Shown piece after piece: positions 1 to 13,078 of a stretch of DNA of 64,000 nucleotides. Source of the DNA: Octopus sinensis (Eukaryota); NCBI RefSeq assembly GCF_006345805.1, contig NC_043000.1, positions 75,206,001 to 75,270,000 on the forward strand, written 5' to 3'. Made by a program: the position numbers and the translations under genes. The stretch's first letter is position 1. The number at the start of each line of letters is the position of its first letter. A model generated the notes under the pieces. It did not search any database, was not told the origin of the DNA, and saw only the letters and a program-made list of their open reading frames with translations.

Positions 1-2460
1 TAGTGCAAGATTGGGGTACACCCAAATCAGACTTCTCACAGGCAAGGAACACAAGATTTCTGACAGGTGAGCAAATTCTATGAAATTCTCTTACAGATTG
101 CCTCTTTAATATCAACAGCAACCTTGATATCATGGCCGATCGTGTTGGGCAAGTATATGCAAAGACTATAGTTATAGTATAAGTAATAAAAAGGCTCATA
201 TAGGTCTTTGATACAAATGACCCAACTATTTACAACACAAATTATAAAAAGCTGGTCAATCACATAATCACTTACTACTCAGGCAAACATACAGGAAATG
301 AATTGAACAACTTTCCCAGGTGAAGAATTGTGCTATTCAGTGCAGTCCATCTAGCTTCTGTAATAATTGTTTGATGGATTCAAAGACACAAGACAATGTG
401 GAGAAGGAGAATATTGATGTACCCCACTCCACCCCTGACATACATATGTTTTAAAGAAGTAATGTACAACTCCTAAAATGAGAAACAAGATGTGATAAAG
501 AACTCTAACATAAAAGACAACTGGAAGATTTTTGAAGGACAACTTGCTGAAAGCTTCAGGCTAGATTGTAGAGTATAGCTCAAGAGGAAAATAACACATG
601 GTGATGGTGGAAGTACAGTAAATGAAACCACAGAAACCAAGAGGAAGCCTTGAAAGAATGAAAGAAAAGGGCAACCAGGAATGATATTGGATAGGTAGAA
701 GAGAAGCTATATGAAAAGTATACTTTGCATAGAAAGGAGCTGAAAGCAAGAAGCTGGCATTATGCTGTGCTACAAGGATCAGAGATATGTGGGATGTGGA
801 TTGTGAAGTGCTCTGTCAGTGTAAATCAGACATCATTAGTATAAAGTGCATATATAATGACAGTGGTATACTCTTCTTCAGCAATTCAAAGAAAGAGGCA
901 CAGAAATTCTACAATGAGAAGCTGCTAAACAAGAAAGATGCATGGAGAAGACAGGTACTACATGATGCAGGTCTAAGAGACTAGCTACTAAGTTGAAAGT
1001 TATGCAATTGAAATGGTCATTAATGATACAATGACAAAGGAAGCAGAAGGACAGTCACCAAGATGCTGAAATATGTGGCAAAGTAGAAGGCTTGCAAGTC
1101 ACTTGCATGGTCAATCAGTTAGTATGGGAAAGTATTATCTCCACTGATTGGTGTAAAAATACCATCATTTTCTGCAAGGATAAAAGAGGTGCTCTACAAA
1201 AAGCAACTAGAAAAGCATTATATTGATGGACTAAATTATAAAAGTGACTTGAAGAATTGTAGCACAGCTAATCAGACAGAATCAACTTACATGCCTTCTT
1301 AGTGTGACAATTACAGAAGTTCTAAGAGCCAACCACTATACCTAACATGTGTTGACCTGGTGAAAGCTTGTGACAAAGTACCATGCTCTGTAGTTTAGTC
1401 ATTGCTAAGAAACTCCATGGTAGAGGAATGGTAGATGAAAGCTCCATAAACCATTTACAGAGATGCTGTCAGCAAAGTGAGAATTAGTAACAAACTTAGA
1501 TACAAATTTAGTATACTGGCAGATGTCCACCAGAGCTTCCCCACTTCTGTTTACTATAATTCTCTAGGTGTTCTAAAATGGCTGCCCATGGGATACACGA
1601 TACTGACAACATAGTTATAGGCCAAATCACTTAAAAAATTAGAGGAAAAGCAGAGCATAGTAAATCTATCAAAGATAAAAAGTTTTAGCAAGAATGAATA
1701 CAAAACATTTTGCCATCTTGAAAGTGGATATACTTGACATGCAGATAAAGAGGGGTAGGAATTCTAAACTGGATATCCTACTAAATTATGATTGCAGAGA
1801 AGAAGCAGTGTGGTTGACAGAGAAAGTAGAGCTTCATATGTAGCAAATAATGAACAGGAGTAATTAGTAATATGATCACTCAAGGAATTCATTTTTTCAA
1901 ATGCCCAGAATATTCATTAAAAATAGTCAACAACAGTTACCTATGTAACATAATCAACTGTAGAAATATTATTACCAAAGCATAGCATCAGAGAAAGAAC
2001 AAGGTGAAAAAAGTTCAAAGAGCTAGCTTCTGTTAGTAATGAGGGGATGCTTTCTGTTAGTGAAGAGCACATTGTACAATACTTATGTACAAAGTATGCT
2101 GTTGTGTGGTGCAAAAGTTGGAAATAAATGAAGCAAGCATGTTCTGCTGCGTGATAATGTTAGCTTAACTGAATGACAGAGTATAAACAAGCTGAAACAA
2201 AAACTAGCTGCCGTATGCCTGAGAGACACCTGTGCTGGTATGCTTATGAAGAACAAAGTGGAAAATAATCTAAGCAGTCAAGTGAAAAGAACATGTGAAA
2301 GAGGAAGATCAAGGAAGACATGAGAAGAAGTGGTAAAGGCTGATCTAAGAATGCTGAACTTTCCAAAGGAGAGGACAAGAAATCATAACTAGTGGGAAAA
2401 TGCCATGCTAGAGAATAACTATCCAACACATGCAAGCAGATGTAAAATGACAAACTGAAG
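1..2460 (+). mobile_element. Highly degenerate RTE-clade LINE (ORF2 remnant)
   Basis: Collinear decayed motifs match the intact RTE at 34635-36500: ~YNEKLLNKKDAW (910), ~AFLV*QLQK (1290), VDLVKACDKVP (1350), GCPW (1580). Many stops and frameshifts. Confidence 0.75.
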
Positions 2461-2619
2461 GGAAGTTGTCAGTTAACATTTTTTAATTACCTCCTTAAAA
2501 TTATATAAGTTTGGTATGGAAATATTAATTCTATTCATTTGCAGTTAGGATTAGCTATTTGAAATATATAAACAATAATCATAATATCAAAATTCATTAT
2601 GAAAAATTAATGACTGCAT

Positions 2620-2750
2620 AGGCATAGCTGTGTGATTGCAAAGGTTGAGACCCACTACATGGCACCTTGGGTAAATGTCTTCTATTATAGCCTCAGGACT
2701 GACCAGCACCTTATGAGATGAACTGGAAGACAGAAACTGTACAGAGCCTG
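2620..2750 (+). mobile_element. Degenerate tRNA-derived SINE fragment (family of 29923-30353)
   Basis: ggcaccttgggtaaatgtcttctattatagcctcagg matches the SINE body near 29995-30030. Confidence 0.55.
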
Positions 2751-3448
2751 CTATGTGTGTATGCAGATGCACAATGCCTGTTTTCATATGTCTTCACATT
2801 ATCACCATTTGAGCAAAATTGTTGCCATATGTTAATGTTTCCTGTAGACAAAATGTCCTATAGTTCTGTGGTTTTGTCGGTTTAAATGTGCAAAAACCAC
2901 TAGAATAAAAATACTTTCCTTGAAAAAACATAAGGGTTGGCAAAAGGAAGGGCATTCAACTGTAGAAAATTGCCTTAATAAATTTTCAACCAGTTTGCAC
3001 CAGCATGGAGAAAAGAAATTGGATATAAAACTGATTACAATGCTCATTCATAAATAGGCGTACCTACTTGTCTTAACAATTGAATCAACTGCCATAGAAA
3101 TAAAAAAAAAATAAAGCAGCAGAAATTGTTATTTATCAAGTTTATGTTCCTTGGAGCTTATCTGAATTTGCATGGATAATTTTCACAATCAATTGTTGCT
3201 ATAAATGAAAACTGACATATGACATGTACAAAAATGCCTCTTCTTTGTATGGTTTTGTTTCACATCACAGACCAATCTTCCTTTTCTAAGTTTAAGGCAG
3301 ATCATGCCTTCTTCAAGAAATTAAAGAAACACTGATGAACCAAAAACTCACCAGGAGGCTGAAATTGTAACTATCTGAACATATCTTTTGAGGTTCAATG
3401 ATTAGTATGGAAGTTCAAAATATCATATCAATGCATTATCTGACTTAC

Positions 3449-3578
3449 AGATCTGATATTTCGAGTCCAAATCTGGCTGCACTGGCCTTGGCAAATTGGG
3501 CAGGGTCGGCTGAGTGAGTAGCCACCACATTCACAGCAGTTGTCAGAGTAAGAATTATTAAACCAGCATTCTCTACAT
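3449..3578 (-). CDS. Pino: Internal coding exon of a pinocchio-like Cys-rich (zinc-finger-like) protein
   Basis: 130-nt exon bounded by atttcAG and GTAAGT. It reads CRECWFNNSYSDNCCECGGYSLSRPCPICQGQCSQIWTRNIRS, in a frame not shown in the ORF track, and is phase-compatible with exon 7536-7692. CxECGGYxLxRPCPxCxGxCxxxWxR is the conserved motif of Drosophila pinocchio-family proteins (recalled, not searched). Confidence 0.85.
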
Positions 3579-3700
3579 CTGAAATGATAGTAGAAATTAA
3601 TGGTGTTACAGAAAAAGAGGGATAGAGGATAGTACGTAAGAAATGGTAGATAATAAAGTTTAAAGATAAATATTTCTCAATCATGAGAATCTACAGATTA

Positions 3701-4250
3701 CAGGGTGTTCAGGTTAAATTTAACAGCTTTCAAAAAAAGGTAAAAAAAAACCCACAAAATCCCATCGAAATATAAAAGTAATTTTTTAAGAATCAAAAAA
3801 TATCAACTAGATTATGGATGAGAGATAACAGTTTACTCAGAGTAGCCACCCTCAGCTTCCACCACAGCTCAAGGCAGCTCCAAAACCTGGTACATACATT
3901 CCTCACTATGTCCCTGGGAAGGTCTTCAAACACCTTGACCTTGGGCACCAGCTCAGGCTTGGTAATGCAAGCAAAGCAGTTGGTGCCTTTCTCAACTACA
4001 CTCCAAACATAGTAATCCATGGGATTACAATCAGGCAAATTAGGAGGCCAGAAATTGAGATTGGTGAAGTCATAGAAATTTTCTGACAACCACATCTGAC
4101 TCTTTCTGGATGTATGGCAAAAAAGCCAAATCCTGCTGCCACACATATGGCCTCCCAGCAGCAACCCTCTCCAGCCAGGGTTTGACCATAGTCTCCAGCA
4201 GCTTCACATGACCATTTGAACTGAGTCTAAGACCCTGTTCAAAGAAGTAA
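3701..4250 (-). mobile_element. Tc1/mariner-superfamily transposase 3' fragment with terminal repeat
   Basis: ORF 3793-4164 has FWPPNLPDCNPMDYYVW; terminus ta|cagggtgttc at 3699-3710. Confidence 0.75.
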
Positions 4251-4409
4251 CAGCAGTCATAATGTCAGCATTTTGATACCCACTGGTGGGGGAGGGATAT
4301 GGTAGATATATGAGAACATGGAGAGTATTCAAACAGACACATGAGGCAGCATGGAAGAGCCTGCAGTGGGTAGTGATCATTTATATGTGTGTATGCATAT
4401 ATGTATGTG

Positions 4410-5765
4410 GTGGGGCATGGCTTGTTATGACTTTACTTAGCTTGATGTGTCTTCTCAAGCACAGCAAATCACCAGAAGTCTTAGTCCCTTGTCATCGCCC
4501 CTGTGAGACTCAACATCTAAAGATTGTTTTTCACCACTTTATCCCATGTCTTCCTCAGTTTACCTCCTCCATAGGTTCCCTCTACAATTAGAGATCAGCA
4601 GTTCTTTATGGAGCTGTCCACATCACATAACCATACCAACAGTCTTTTCTCCTGCACACTACATCTGATGCCTCTTACTTTACCCAGCCCATTCTATCAA
4701 CTACACTTTCAGAGCATCCTCATCCGCTGATATCTTGGTTGCTTAGGTAACGGAAGCTATCTACTACTTTTAAAGATCTCCCCAGACATTTGAGGAAGTC
4801 TATTTCCAGTACATTCTTAGAGCTTATTGCATCTGTGCATCTGCCACACATAAAGACTACTTTCTCTGTTAACCTTCCTGTGAGACTACTGCACCTCTTA
4901 TGTCCATAGCTTGCACTGGGTACACCATCTGGAATTTCTACCAACACCTTTTCTATATATTGAACAGGGCCATCTCCCTGAAGGGATTAGAAATTTGTCT
5001 GCTTTCCTACTTACTAGGACTTTGATCTTTGTTAAATTAACTCTAAGGCCCTTTGATTCTAGACCTTGCTCCCACATCAGAAATTTTTCTCTAATTCTGA
5101 TAGCGGTTTGGCTATACAAACAAGGTCATCAGCATAGTGTAGCTTTCAAGGGCAACCAATCTTAAATTCCTCTGTTATGGCCTGGAGGAGTATGATAAAC
5201 AAGATGGGACTGAGAACCTGTACACTAAATTCATTGTTATACATGTTTTTGAATGGCACTCACCAACCACTTGTCTGTCCCTATCTTCTGCATTGATCAC
5301 CAGATAAGGCAGTGGAAGACTCTGTCAAAGACTTTCTCCTTGTCAACAAAAATCAAGTAGAGAACTTTATTTTTGGCTAAACGCTTCTCCTGCAGTTGTC
5401 TTACTAGGAAAATAGTATCAGTAGTACTTCTCCCTGGCACAGAACCAAACTGCATCTCATCAAGGCTAACTCTCTTCCTAATAAGTTGAACTATGACACT
5501 CTCTAACTTACATCACCTGGTGCAGCAATTTGATACCTCTGTAATTATTTCTGTCCAAGGCATCATCTTTACCTCTGTAACTATAATGCTGCTACCCCAG
5601 TCATTGGGTATGACTTCCTCATGGACAACCTGATTCATTATATAGGTGACAAGGCCATATCCCACTCCACTAAATGTTTTAAGCATCTCAGAGGTGATTC
5701 CTAATGGACTGGGGACTTTCCATGTCTTCATATCCTTAATTGCTTTATCTACCAAACTACTCCAA
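4410..5765 (-). mobile_element. Degenerate RTE LINE, 5'-truncated
   Basis: ORF fragments VDKAIKDMKT, GLESKGLRVN, GRWPCSI..CTQCKLWT and VVDSFRYL match the 34635-36500 protein. Confidence 0.85.
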
Positions 5766-5979
5766 CACCTAATTCATGAGTATCATGAACACAAGTTCAT
5801 GAGAGTCCACTTTGTTGAAAGTATTTAGGCTAAGACTCCAGTTTATGGATGACTTCCTCCTTTCTTGAAACCAGTCATAAAATCCCTGAAAAATAAGGTC
5901 AAAAGGAATATCCTTTCTCTTCTAAGTAAAAAAAAAAAAAAATGTTAGTGAATTACAGTCAGATCCAACAAATTCTACT

Positions 5980-6140
5980 AGCATCAACAGGTTCTGATAG
6001 AGTTCCCAAGTTCCAATAGGGCCAACTGGTTCAGATATGAGCAACAGATTCAGATGGCATCAACAGGTTCTGATAGCATTGACAGGTTCTAATAGTATCA
6101 ACTGGTTCCATTAGGACCAACAGGTTCTGATCAAGCCAAC
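5980..6140. repeat. Degenerate ~19-20 bp minisatellite (caacaggttctgatagcat)
   Basis: caac(a/t)ggttc recurs about eight times. Confidence 0.6.
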
Positions 6141-6329
6141 AGTCATATTTAACTTGACTTTTTGTGGCATTTAACACATGAAAGACAAATCCTACCCATA
6201 AAGAGATTCCAGTCTATAAAATGCAACTAAACACACACACACACAGCCCACCCAGTAGCAATTTGGGTTGGCTGAATAGGAAAGTGTACCTTGAATAATA
6301 CACAACAGTTTGAATAAAAGATAAGATGG

Positions 6330-6885
6330 TCATCATCATCATTCAATGTCTGTTGTCCATGCTGGCATGAGTTGGACAGTTTGACCAGGGCTGGTAAGCT
6401 GGAAGGCTGCACCAGACTCCAGTCTGATTTGGCATGGTTTTATATGGCTGGATGCCCTTCCTAATGCCAACCACTCCATGAGTGTAATGGGTGCTTTTAC
6501 ATACCACTGGCATGGGTTCCATGTCCCTGACACCGGTATCTGACATGACTGCGATTTTGCTCAGCCTGATGGCTCTTCTCGCCAAAGGTCTTGGTCATTG
6601 CCTCCATGAGGCCCAACACTCAAAAGGAACTCAGCCACTTTGTCTGTATGAGACCCAATGCTCAAACAGGGCTCTTTACATGCCACCAGCATGTAAAGAG
6701 CCAGTTACCTGACACCAACATCAGCCAATACTACAATTTCTCAAGCAGAGCATATCACCAAAGGTCTCAGTCACTAGTCATTGCCTCTACGGGATTCAAA
6801 ATTTGAAGATCATACTTCATCACTTTGTTCCATGTCTTCCTGGGTCTACTTCTACCACAGGTTCCTCTACAGTTAGAGATCAGTC
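6330..6885 (-). mobile_element. RTE LINE 3' end with (GAT)n tail
   Basis: catcatcatc tail, gctggatgcccttcctaatgccaaccactcc motif and ORF2 C-terminal remnants. Confidence 0.8.
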
Positions 6886-7535
6886 ATAGCTGGAACAAAT
6901 AATAGATATGCTTCACCAGGTCTGCCAAGTGGTTAAATATTAGCAAACCAGTTTTGCAGTCTTCTATATGAATGTTTGACCTATTAAAAATTACAACCAA
7001 ATCTCCCTCTTAGAAAAAGGATGCATTGGATAATGTAATCCTAGATACACTTATGTCTGCATAAAATACAAAATGATTGCAGCTGGTATACATTTGATCA
7101 TAGGTCTGCTTGACCAAAGACAAACTTGGCCTAAGTCAGTGTTGCCCTCCTAGGAAATGGGGACAGAGCAAAGGTTCAATGTTCAATTAATAGACACTGA
7201 TATTCTTAAGGAGTTTATTACATTAATGGTAGAAAATAGGTCACCTTTGAAAACATTTTGTTTTAATGTTTATTGTAAATTTTTGTTAAAAGTTTTTAAA
7301 TATTCATAGAAATAAATTTCAAGATAATATAATAAAATTAAAACAATATTCAAAGATTTTACAAATGTTATTACTTCAAAAGATTCTAAAGGAGGAGTGT
7401 GAGCTTAAAAAATGTTGGGAAGCATGAACCTAAATAACAGCAACAACAAAAGCATAAATCTCTTAAACATAACAAAATTATAAAGTAGAAAGAAATGTTT
7501 AAACCAACAACATCACCACCACCAAAAACACTTAC

Positions 7536-7692
7536 AAATGGCAGGTTGCAATTTTTCGTTGGTAATCATCAGATTTCATCATTTCCTCCACTTCATCTTT
7601 TGTAAAGTTTTTTCCTTGTTTGTCTTCATCTGTATTTGTGTTTGGGATGGAATAATAAACAGTATTGTTCCTAGGACCTTCCAGGAGCTCAT
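7536..7692 (-). CDS. Pino: Upstream coding exon of the pinocchio-like gene
   Basis: 157-nt exon bounded by tttgtttcAG and GTAAGT. It reads (x)ELLEGPRNNTVYYSIPNTNTDEDKQGKNFTKDEVEEMMKSDDYQRKIATCH. Its terminal TT plus the first A of the next exon gives Leu and completes CHLC (CxxC). Confidence 0.8.
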
Positions 7693-8099
7693 CTGAAACA
7701 AACATACAGTTTAATTTAAAACACAATATCAATAACACACACACCCTCAATCTCCTATCCAACATAGGATAAAGGGTTTCATTTTTAAAATGTATAAATA
7801 AAACATTATTAATACTGAAAATACATCAAGAATACTTCCTCAACACTAAGAATTTGTAAGCAAAATGTTTTATTCACCCACATTCTCTATATTACAAATA
7901 CTTCACCAACTTATATATTCATTATCTCTCAACAGGAGAGATAAGACTTTGTGAAACATCAACTCTTTTCCAAGGTTACTAAGCTTCCACTCCCCTTCTT
8001 TATGCCTATCTCATCAGTAGAGACTCACCAAGAGTAATTCACTAATATTACAGTCAATTAGGAAACTTACATTCTTTTCTTTACTCAATTATATTACTC

Positions 8100-8850
8100 C
8101 AGAACTTTATCAAAAAGACATGGTTTAAGAGTGTTCCATGACAAAACGGTTGTATCAATTGTACATTGCAGAAAGCTGGTGTACATATTAGTATTTACAT
8201 ATAAGAAGTGGCTATGATCTGGGATTCCACACAGACAGCAAAGGGGAGAGAGGGAAGTAACCTAGCATTCTGTGACTTGATCTGGCAAAAGCTTTTGGGT
8301 CAGCTCCTCACAAACAGGTTGAGAATGCCATGAAACTGTTCTGGATCCTGCCAGAAGTCTGCAAATTGATGATGGATAACTATGGCAAGTTTTATATGTG
8401 GTTTACCATGAAGGACTTTATAATGAATTTGCAGAAGCTTGAGCTGGGAATTGCAACTGGGTGTATAGTCATATGGTTCATTGTTGGAATGGCAATTATC
8501 CTACAAGGTACAATGATCCACAATCATGACATGAAAATCCACTCTCCTAAGAAAGCTTTCATGGATGCTATAGCATTGTCAGCTAGGGATAAGAAGTTAA
8601 TTGTGAGAAGTCTGTACAGACTGGATGAGCTGATAAGCTGGGCAAGAATGTGTCTTAAAACAAAGAAATCACACAATGTAACACGCATCAGGGGAGATAG
8701 AAAGAAGTGAAGTATGAGATTGTGGAAGTTATGCCTACAGTAGCAGGAAAGCCTGTGAAGAGTCTAGGGAGGCTGTATTACAGATCACTTAACAATAGAG
8801 GCAAGGGATGAGAATTCAGAAAATGGTTGTGGATTGCCTCTCAGGCATGT
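8100..8850 (+). mobile_element. Degenerate RT fragment of an RLE-type (HERO/NeSL-like) non-LTR retrotransposon
   Basis: LDLAKAFGSAPH (~8277), GIATGC, AFMD, LISWARM, PTVAGKPVKSLGR. Confidence 0.65.
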
Positions 8851-8854
8851 TCAA

Positions 8855-9670
8855 ACTCTGGTGTTTGCAACTTGCTCTATGCTTCGGACTGCAATGGCCA
8901 CTGATGTATGAAGTTGCACTGACATTGTTTGCAATAATTGAACAGAAATGTAAGATTTATATCCACAAGTAGCCAGGATTGCTACAGGCCTTTGCATAGG
9001 TCCTTTAGTAATACCAATCCTATTAATAGTAGAGCAGTACAAATGCACTGAGGGTGATAAAAATCAAACATCCAGTCAACAGCATGGTGTTTGGAGTGAT
9101 CACTAGTAATGGTGACATTATGCCTACATTCATCTTCCCACACGACCTCAGACTCAACATGGGGGCCTACATCAAGTGCCTGGAGGAGGTAGTACTGCCC
9201 TGAGTCAAGAGGAACCTGCTGGAAGACCCTATGTCTGACAACAGGACTCTGCACCATACTACACAAGCAGGGGAACCCAGTTATGGCTGTCAGACAATTT
9301 CTGAAACTACATCAGCCCTAACATCTGGCCACCTAACTCACCAGACTGCAACCCACTTCATTATTATGTGTGGGGCACAGTTGAGCAAGAGACCAACAAA
9401 GCTCCTTGTAACACCAAAGATGAACTGAAGGTAAGGATTATGGCAGCATTCACCAACTTGAACAAGGAGACCATCCAGAAGAGTTGCAAGAGATTCCAAA
9501 GTTGTCTGGAGGCCGTGGTTAAAGCCAATGGCGATTTTATTGAATAAATTTACTCTTTAGTATTTCAAGATATTTTTATGTAATTTTGGTAAATATATCT
9601 GTTAAAATGAGATGTCAGTGTTATTTTAATTTTTGCATAATTTAGATGACAGTTTATTCACCATACCTTG
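8855..9670 (+). mobile_element. Tc1/mariner-superfamily transposase remnant, 3' half
   Basis: QQDSAP, IWPPNSPDCNPLHYYVW, RFQSCLEAVVKANGDFIE*; ends ..ccataccttg|ta. Confidence 0.75.
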
Positions 9671-10021
9671 TATATATTGAACTGTGAAAGCTTAGAAATT
9701 GTTATTTTCATGTATATATAAAAGTGTATATATATATATGAAACTGAGAATGTGTGTCTGACTGTATGTATGTGTGCATCACTAAAACTCAAGATCTACC
9801 CAACCGATCTCATTCAAGTTTTACACATGCATTACTTAGGGTCCATGGAGTGTCATGGGCCAAAAAAATGTTCAACTTCTTGCCTAAAGCAAGCCCAGAG
9901 CAATCTTTTACACTGTTTCAGTATAATGTGTCAAAAGTGAAACAATAACATCTCCACTTTTAATACTTTCATTTCTATTAGTATCACTATGTATATATAC
10001 AAGTTTGTATATATGTATATA

Positions 10022-11209
10022 CTAGCTGAAGGTGACCCGCTCTACGCGCGGGTAAGAGTGTGGTTGTTACTTTCTGTTGCTTCCTTTCAGCATGTAAAAA
10101 GCACCATCCGAACGTGGTCGATTGCAGCGCCGCCTAGACTGGCTTCTGTGCCGGTGGCACGTAAAAAGCACCAACCGATCATTGCCGCTGCGAGCCCCCC
10201 TGGCACCTGTGCCGGTGGCACGAAAAAAGCACCCACTACACTCACAGAGTGGTTGGCGGTAGGAAGGTCATCCACCTGTAGAAACACTGCCAGATCAGAC
10301 TGGAGCCTGGTGCAGCCTCCTGGCTTACCAGACCCGGTCAAACTGTCCAACCCGTGCTAGCACGGAAAACGGACATTAAACGATGATGATGATGATTCTC
10401 CGTCTTTGTTTCTCTCTCCTTTCTCTCTCACTTTCCCACTCTCTTAATTTTCTTTTCTCTCGGACTCTCCCTTGCTTTCTCTTACTCTCTATCTTTATCT
10501 ATCTCTCTCCCATTTATAAACAACAAAAGGTCTTGAGTAAGTTGAGAAATAAAATATTTAGAAAGATCAATCATAAATATGAGGCAGTGACAACGGAAAG
10601 GTCTGCTTCAAGGCAGACAGCAAAACGCTAACATTTAAAAGGGACAGACGAACTTGCGAGCTGAATAAAAATAATAAAATATTGGAAACCAAAGTTTGAT
10701 GGGATAGAATCTGAGGATAGTAGAGTCACCATGGCTGGCATTTCTTAACGATGGACAGCAATGTATTGACAGTTTAACGGCTTGCGTAAAATTTTGAACT
10801 TGGTGTAAAAGAAAATTCGTAAACACCAAGTTTTGAAGTGATTCTTTCTCACGACAATAGTCTCACCATGGCAAGCATTCAAAACTTCTTCATCATGGAC
10901 GGCAACACATTGACGCTTAAAAGGCTGGCGCAAATTATTTAGCTTGATGTAACAGAGAATTCCTAAACACTCGTTCCTTTAAATTTTAATCCCCTTCCAG
11001 CCCCATTTAGACCCCTTTTCACATTTTGATTAATATAACCCGATTTCATTCGGGTCTACTGGGGCCACATTTTATAAGATGAGGAATTTTGTCCTAGAGG
11101 TCACGCCATTCATTTGAGGAAAAAAATAGTTGTCATGCAAACTTGCCAGCACTTTTAACATAGGTGTGCATATTTTCAGCTGAACCGACCGACCACATAA
11201 TGCCCACAT

Positions 11210-11215
<6 letters not shown>
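10022..11215 (-). mobile_element. Non-autonomous Helitron-like element with a nested RTE tail
   Basis: On the minus strand a hairpin cccgc-gcgtaga-gcggg is followed 10 nt later by CTAG|T at 10022. The 5' end is uncertain. Confidence 0.6.
10090..10395 (+). mobile_element. RTE 3' tail (or RTE-tailed SINE) insertion
   Basis: ggtggcacgtaaaaagcacc repeats, terminal gctagc hairpin and (GAT)n tail. Confidence 0.85.
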
Positions 11216-11245
<30 letters not shown>

Positions 11246-11739
11246 CACGCATTATATATACAAATTATATATATGTATAAATCAAGTTAGAGATAAAACC
11301 ACTAATAGGCAAATGAAACAGTAAAAAAACAAAAACAAAAACATAAAAATAAAAATATAATATAGAAAATGTATAAAATATAAAATTGAAAAATTTAAAT
11401 TATTTAAATTTAAAATAAAAATTATCAAATTATATTTATAATTTGTTTAAAAATATATATAACTATCAAAAAGTATTAAAAAGTTTAATATACATAAATA
11501 CAGATATATACACTTTGTATATATACATTATATATACATATTTATATATAGAACACACACACACACATATATAAATGAACGCAAGAAATATCTGATTCAT
11601 AATATTTGTTCTCATGCTCGTGTGTTTGAGGTGGCGATGATAATTCTCTCTATGAATGCAGACAGATACATAAAAGAACGCCGTTTGACGAACTTATAAA
11701 TGGAAAGTGAAAGGGAGTTAGAGGGGAATGGAGGAAATA

Positions 11740-12684
11740 CGAGGGGCGTTCAATAAGTAATGCCTCTGACCCACTTGCAGTTGTTTGATCTAGCTGAAAA
11801 TTTACATGTGCAATTATTTATATCTCTATAGATTAAGTGGAAAATTACAGCTCTGAACTAATTGTGGTTTCTGAAATACAGGTGTTTGAACTGAGTCAAG
11901 TGTGAAATGGAGCCTGTTGAGTGTCGAGCAGTTATCCGGTTTTTGTATTTGAAAGGACGCACACCACAGGAGACTTTTGATGAAATGAAAGTAACTTATG
12001 GTGATGATGCCCCATCATATGACCTTGTAAAACGCTGGCATCGTGAATTCAAACATGGTTGGAACTCTGCGGAAACAGCTCCCAGATCTGGTCGCCCCCC
12101 CTTCTGCCATTGATGAGGCATCTGTCCATCAAGTTGAGGCTGCCATTTTGCTCACAGTCTTCTGGGGCCAGGACAGAGTAGTGATGACAGATTTCCTGGC
12201 AAAGGGTACCACAATTACAGGAGCCTATTATGCTTCACTTTTGAGGAAATTAAGAGAAGCTATCAAAATCAAGAGGCGGGGCAAGATCAGCAAAGGCATC
12301 CTCCTCCTGCAGGACAACGCTCCGGTCTACAACTCGCATGTTGCCAGATCAGAAGCACAGGCGTGCAGCTATTAACTCCTCCCCTATCTCCCTACTCTCC
12401 TGACCTTGCACCCTCTGATTTTCACCTCTTCCCAGCCATGAAGTTGTTTTTGAAAGGAAAGCGTTTCCCAGATGATGCAGCCTTGATTTCTGAAGTCATG
12501 TCGTGGTTGGAGGACCAAGCTGGGGTCTTCTACAAAAACGGTCTCCAGAGTTGCATCAAACGATGGGAGAAATGTGTAACTCTGAGTGGTTCCTATGTAG
12601 AAAAAGACTAATAACTGTGCCAAGTTGCGTTGCTCTACTGGTATGGTAAGTGGGTCAGGGGCATTACTTATTGAACGCCCCTCG
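11740..12684 (+). mobile_element. Mariner element with both TIRs and TA TSD, internally deleted
   Basis: TIR cgaggggcgttcaataagtaatgcc at both ends, flanked by TA. Transposase pieces MEPVECRAVIRFL, LLQDNAP and YSPDLAPSDFHLF. About 340 bp are missing relative to the copy at 22913. Confidence 0.95.
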
Positions 12685-12686
12685 TA

Positions 12687-12918
12687 ATGTGAGTGAGTGA
12701 GGGAGACATATATGTAAAAGAATGGAAGTGGACTTGTCAAAGTGGGTTTTTGGCCCCTAGCAACGACACCTTTTAAGATAGGGATTTCTAAGGTAGCCCA
12801 CGGGCATCATCATCTCATTTTACAAGTCCCTGTAAATTTTGGAGTGAATCCGACGGGATGTAGTGGCCTTGAAAGCGATCCAAGTGGTAAAAACGCATTT
12901 CAGTTTTATATATAGAGA
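12687..12918 (-). mobile_element. Probable Helitron-like 5' end (host of the mariner insertion)
   Basis: The minus strand starts TCTCTATATATAAAACTG, resembling the 5' end of the Helitron at 43969. Confidence 0.4.
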
Positions 12919-12933
12919 TTTATATCTTTGTAT

Positions 12934-12966
<33 letters not shown>

Positions 12967-12971
12967 TGTAT

Positions 12972-13029
<58 letters not shown>

Positions 13030-13078
13030 ATGTATGTATGTATATATATATGTGTATATATATGTATGTATATGGATA

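Noticed and set aside
3352-3358. Possible 7-nt microexon on minus (tttcAG CCTCCTG GTGAGT)
   Set aside because: It would shift the frame and does not encode the expected continuation; probably chance
3445-3684. 79-aa ORF as listed in the track
   Set aside because: Wrong frame; the splice-bounded exon reads the Cys-rich pinocchio-like frame
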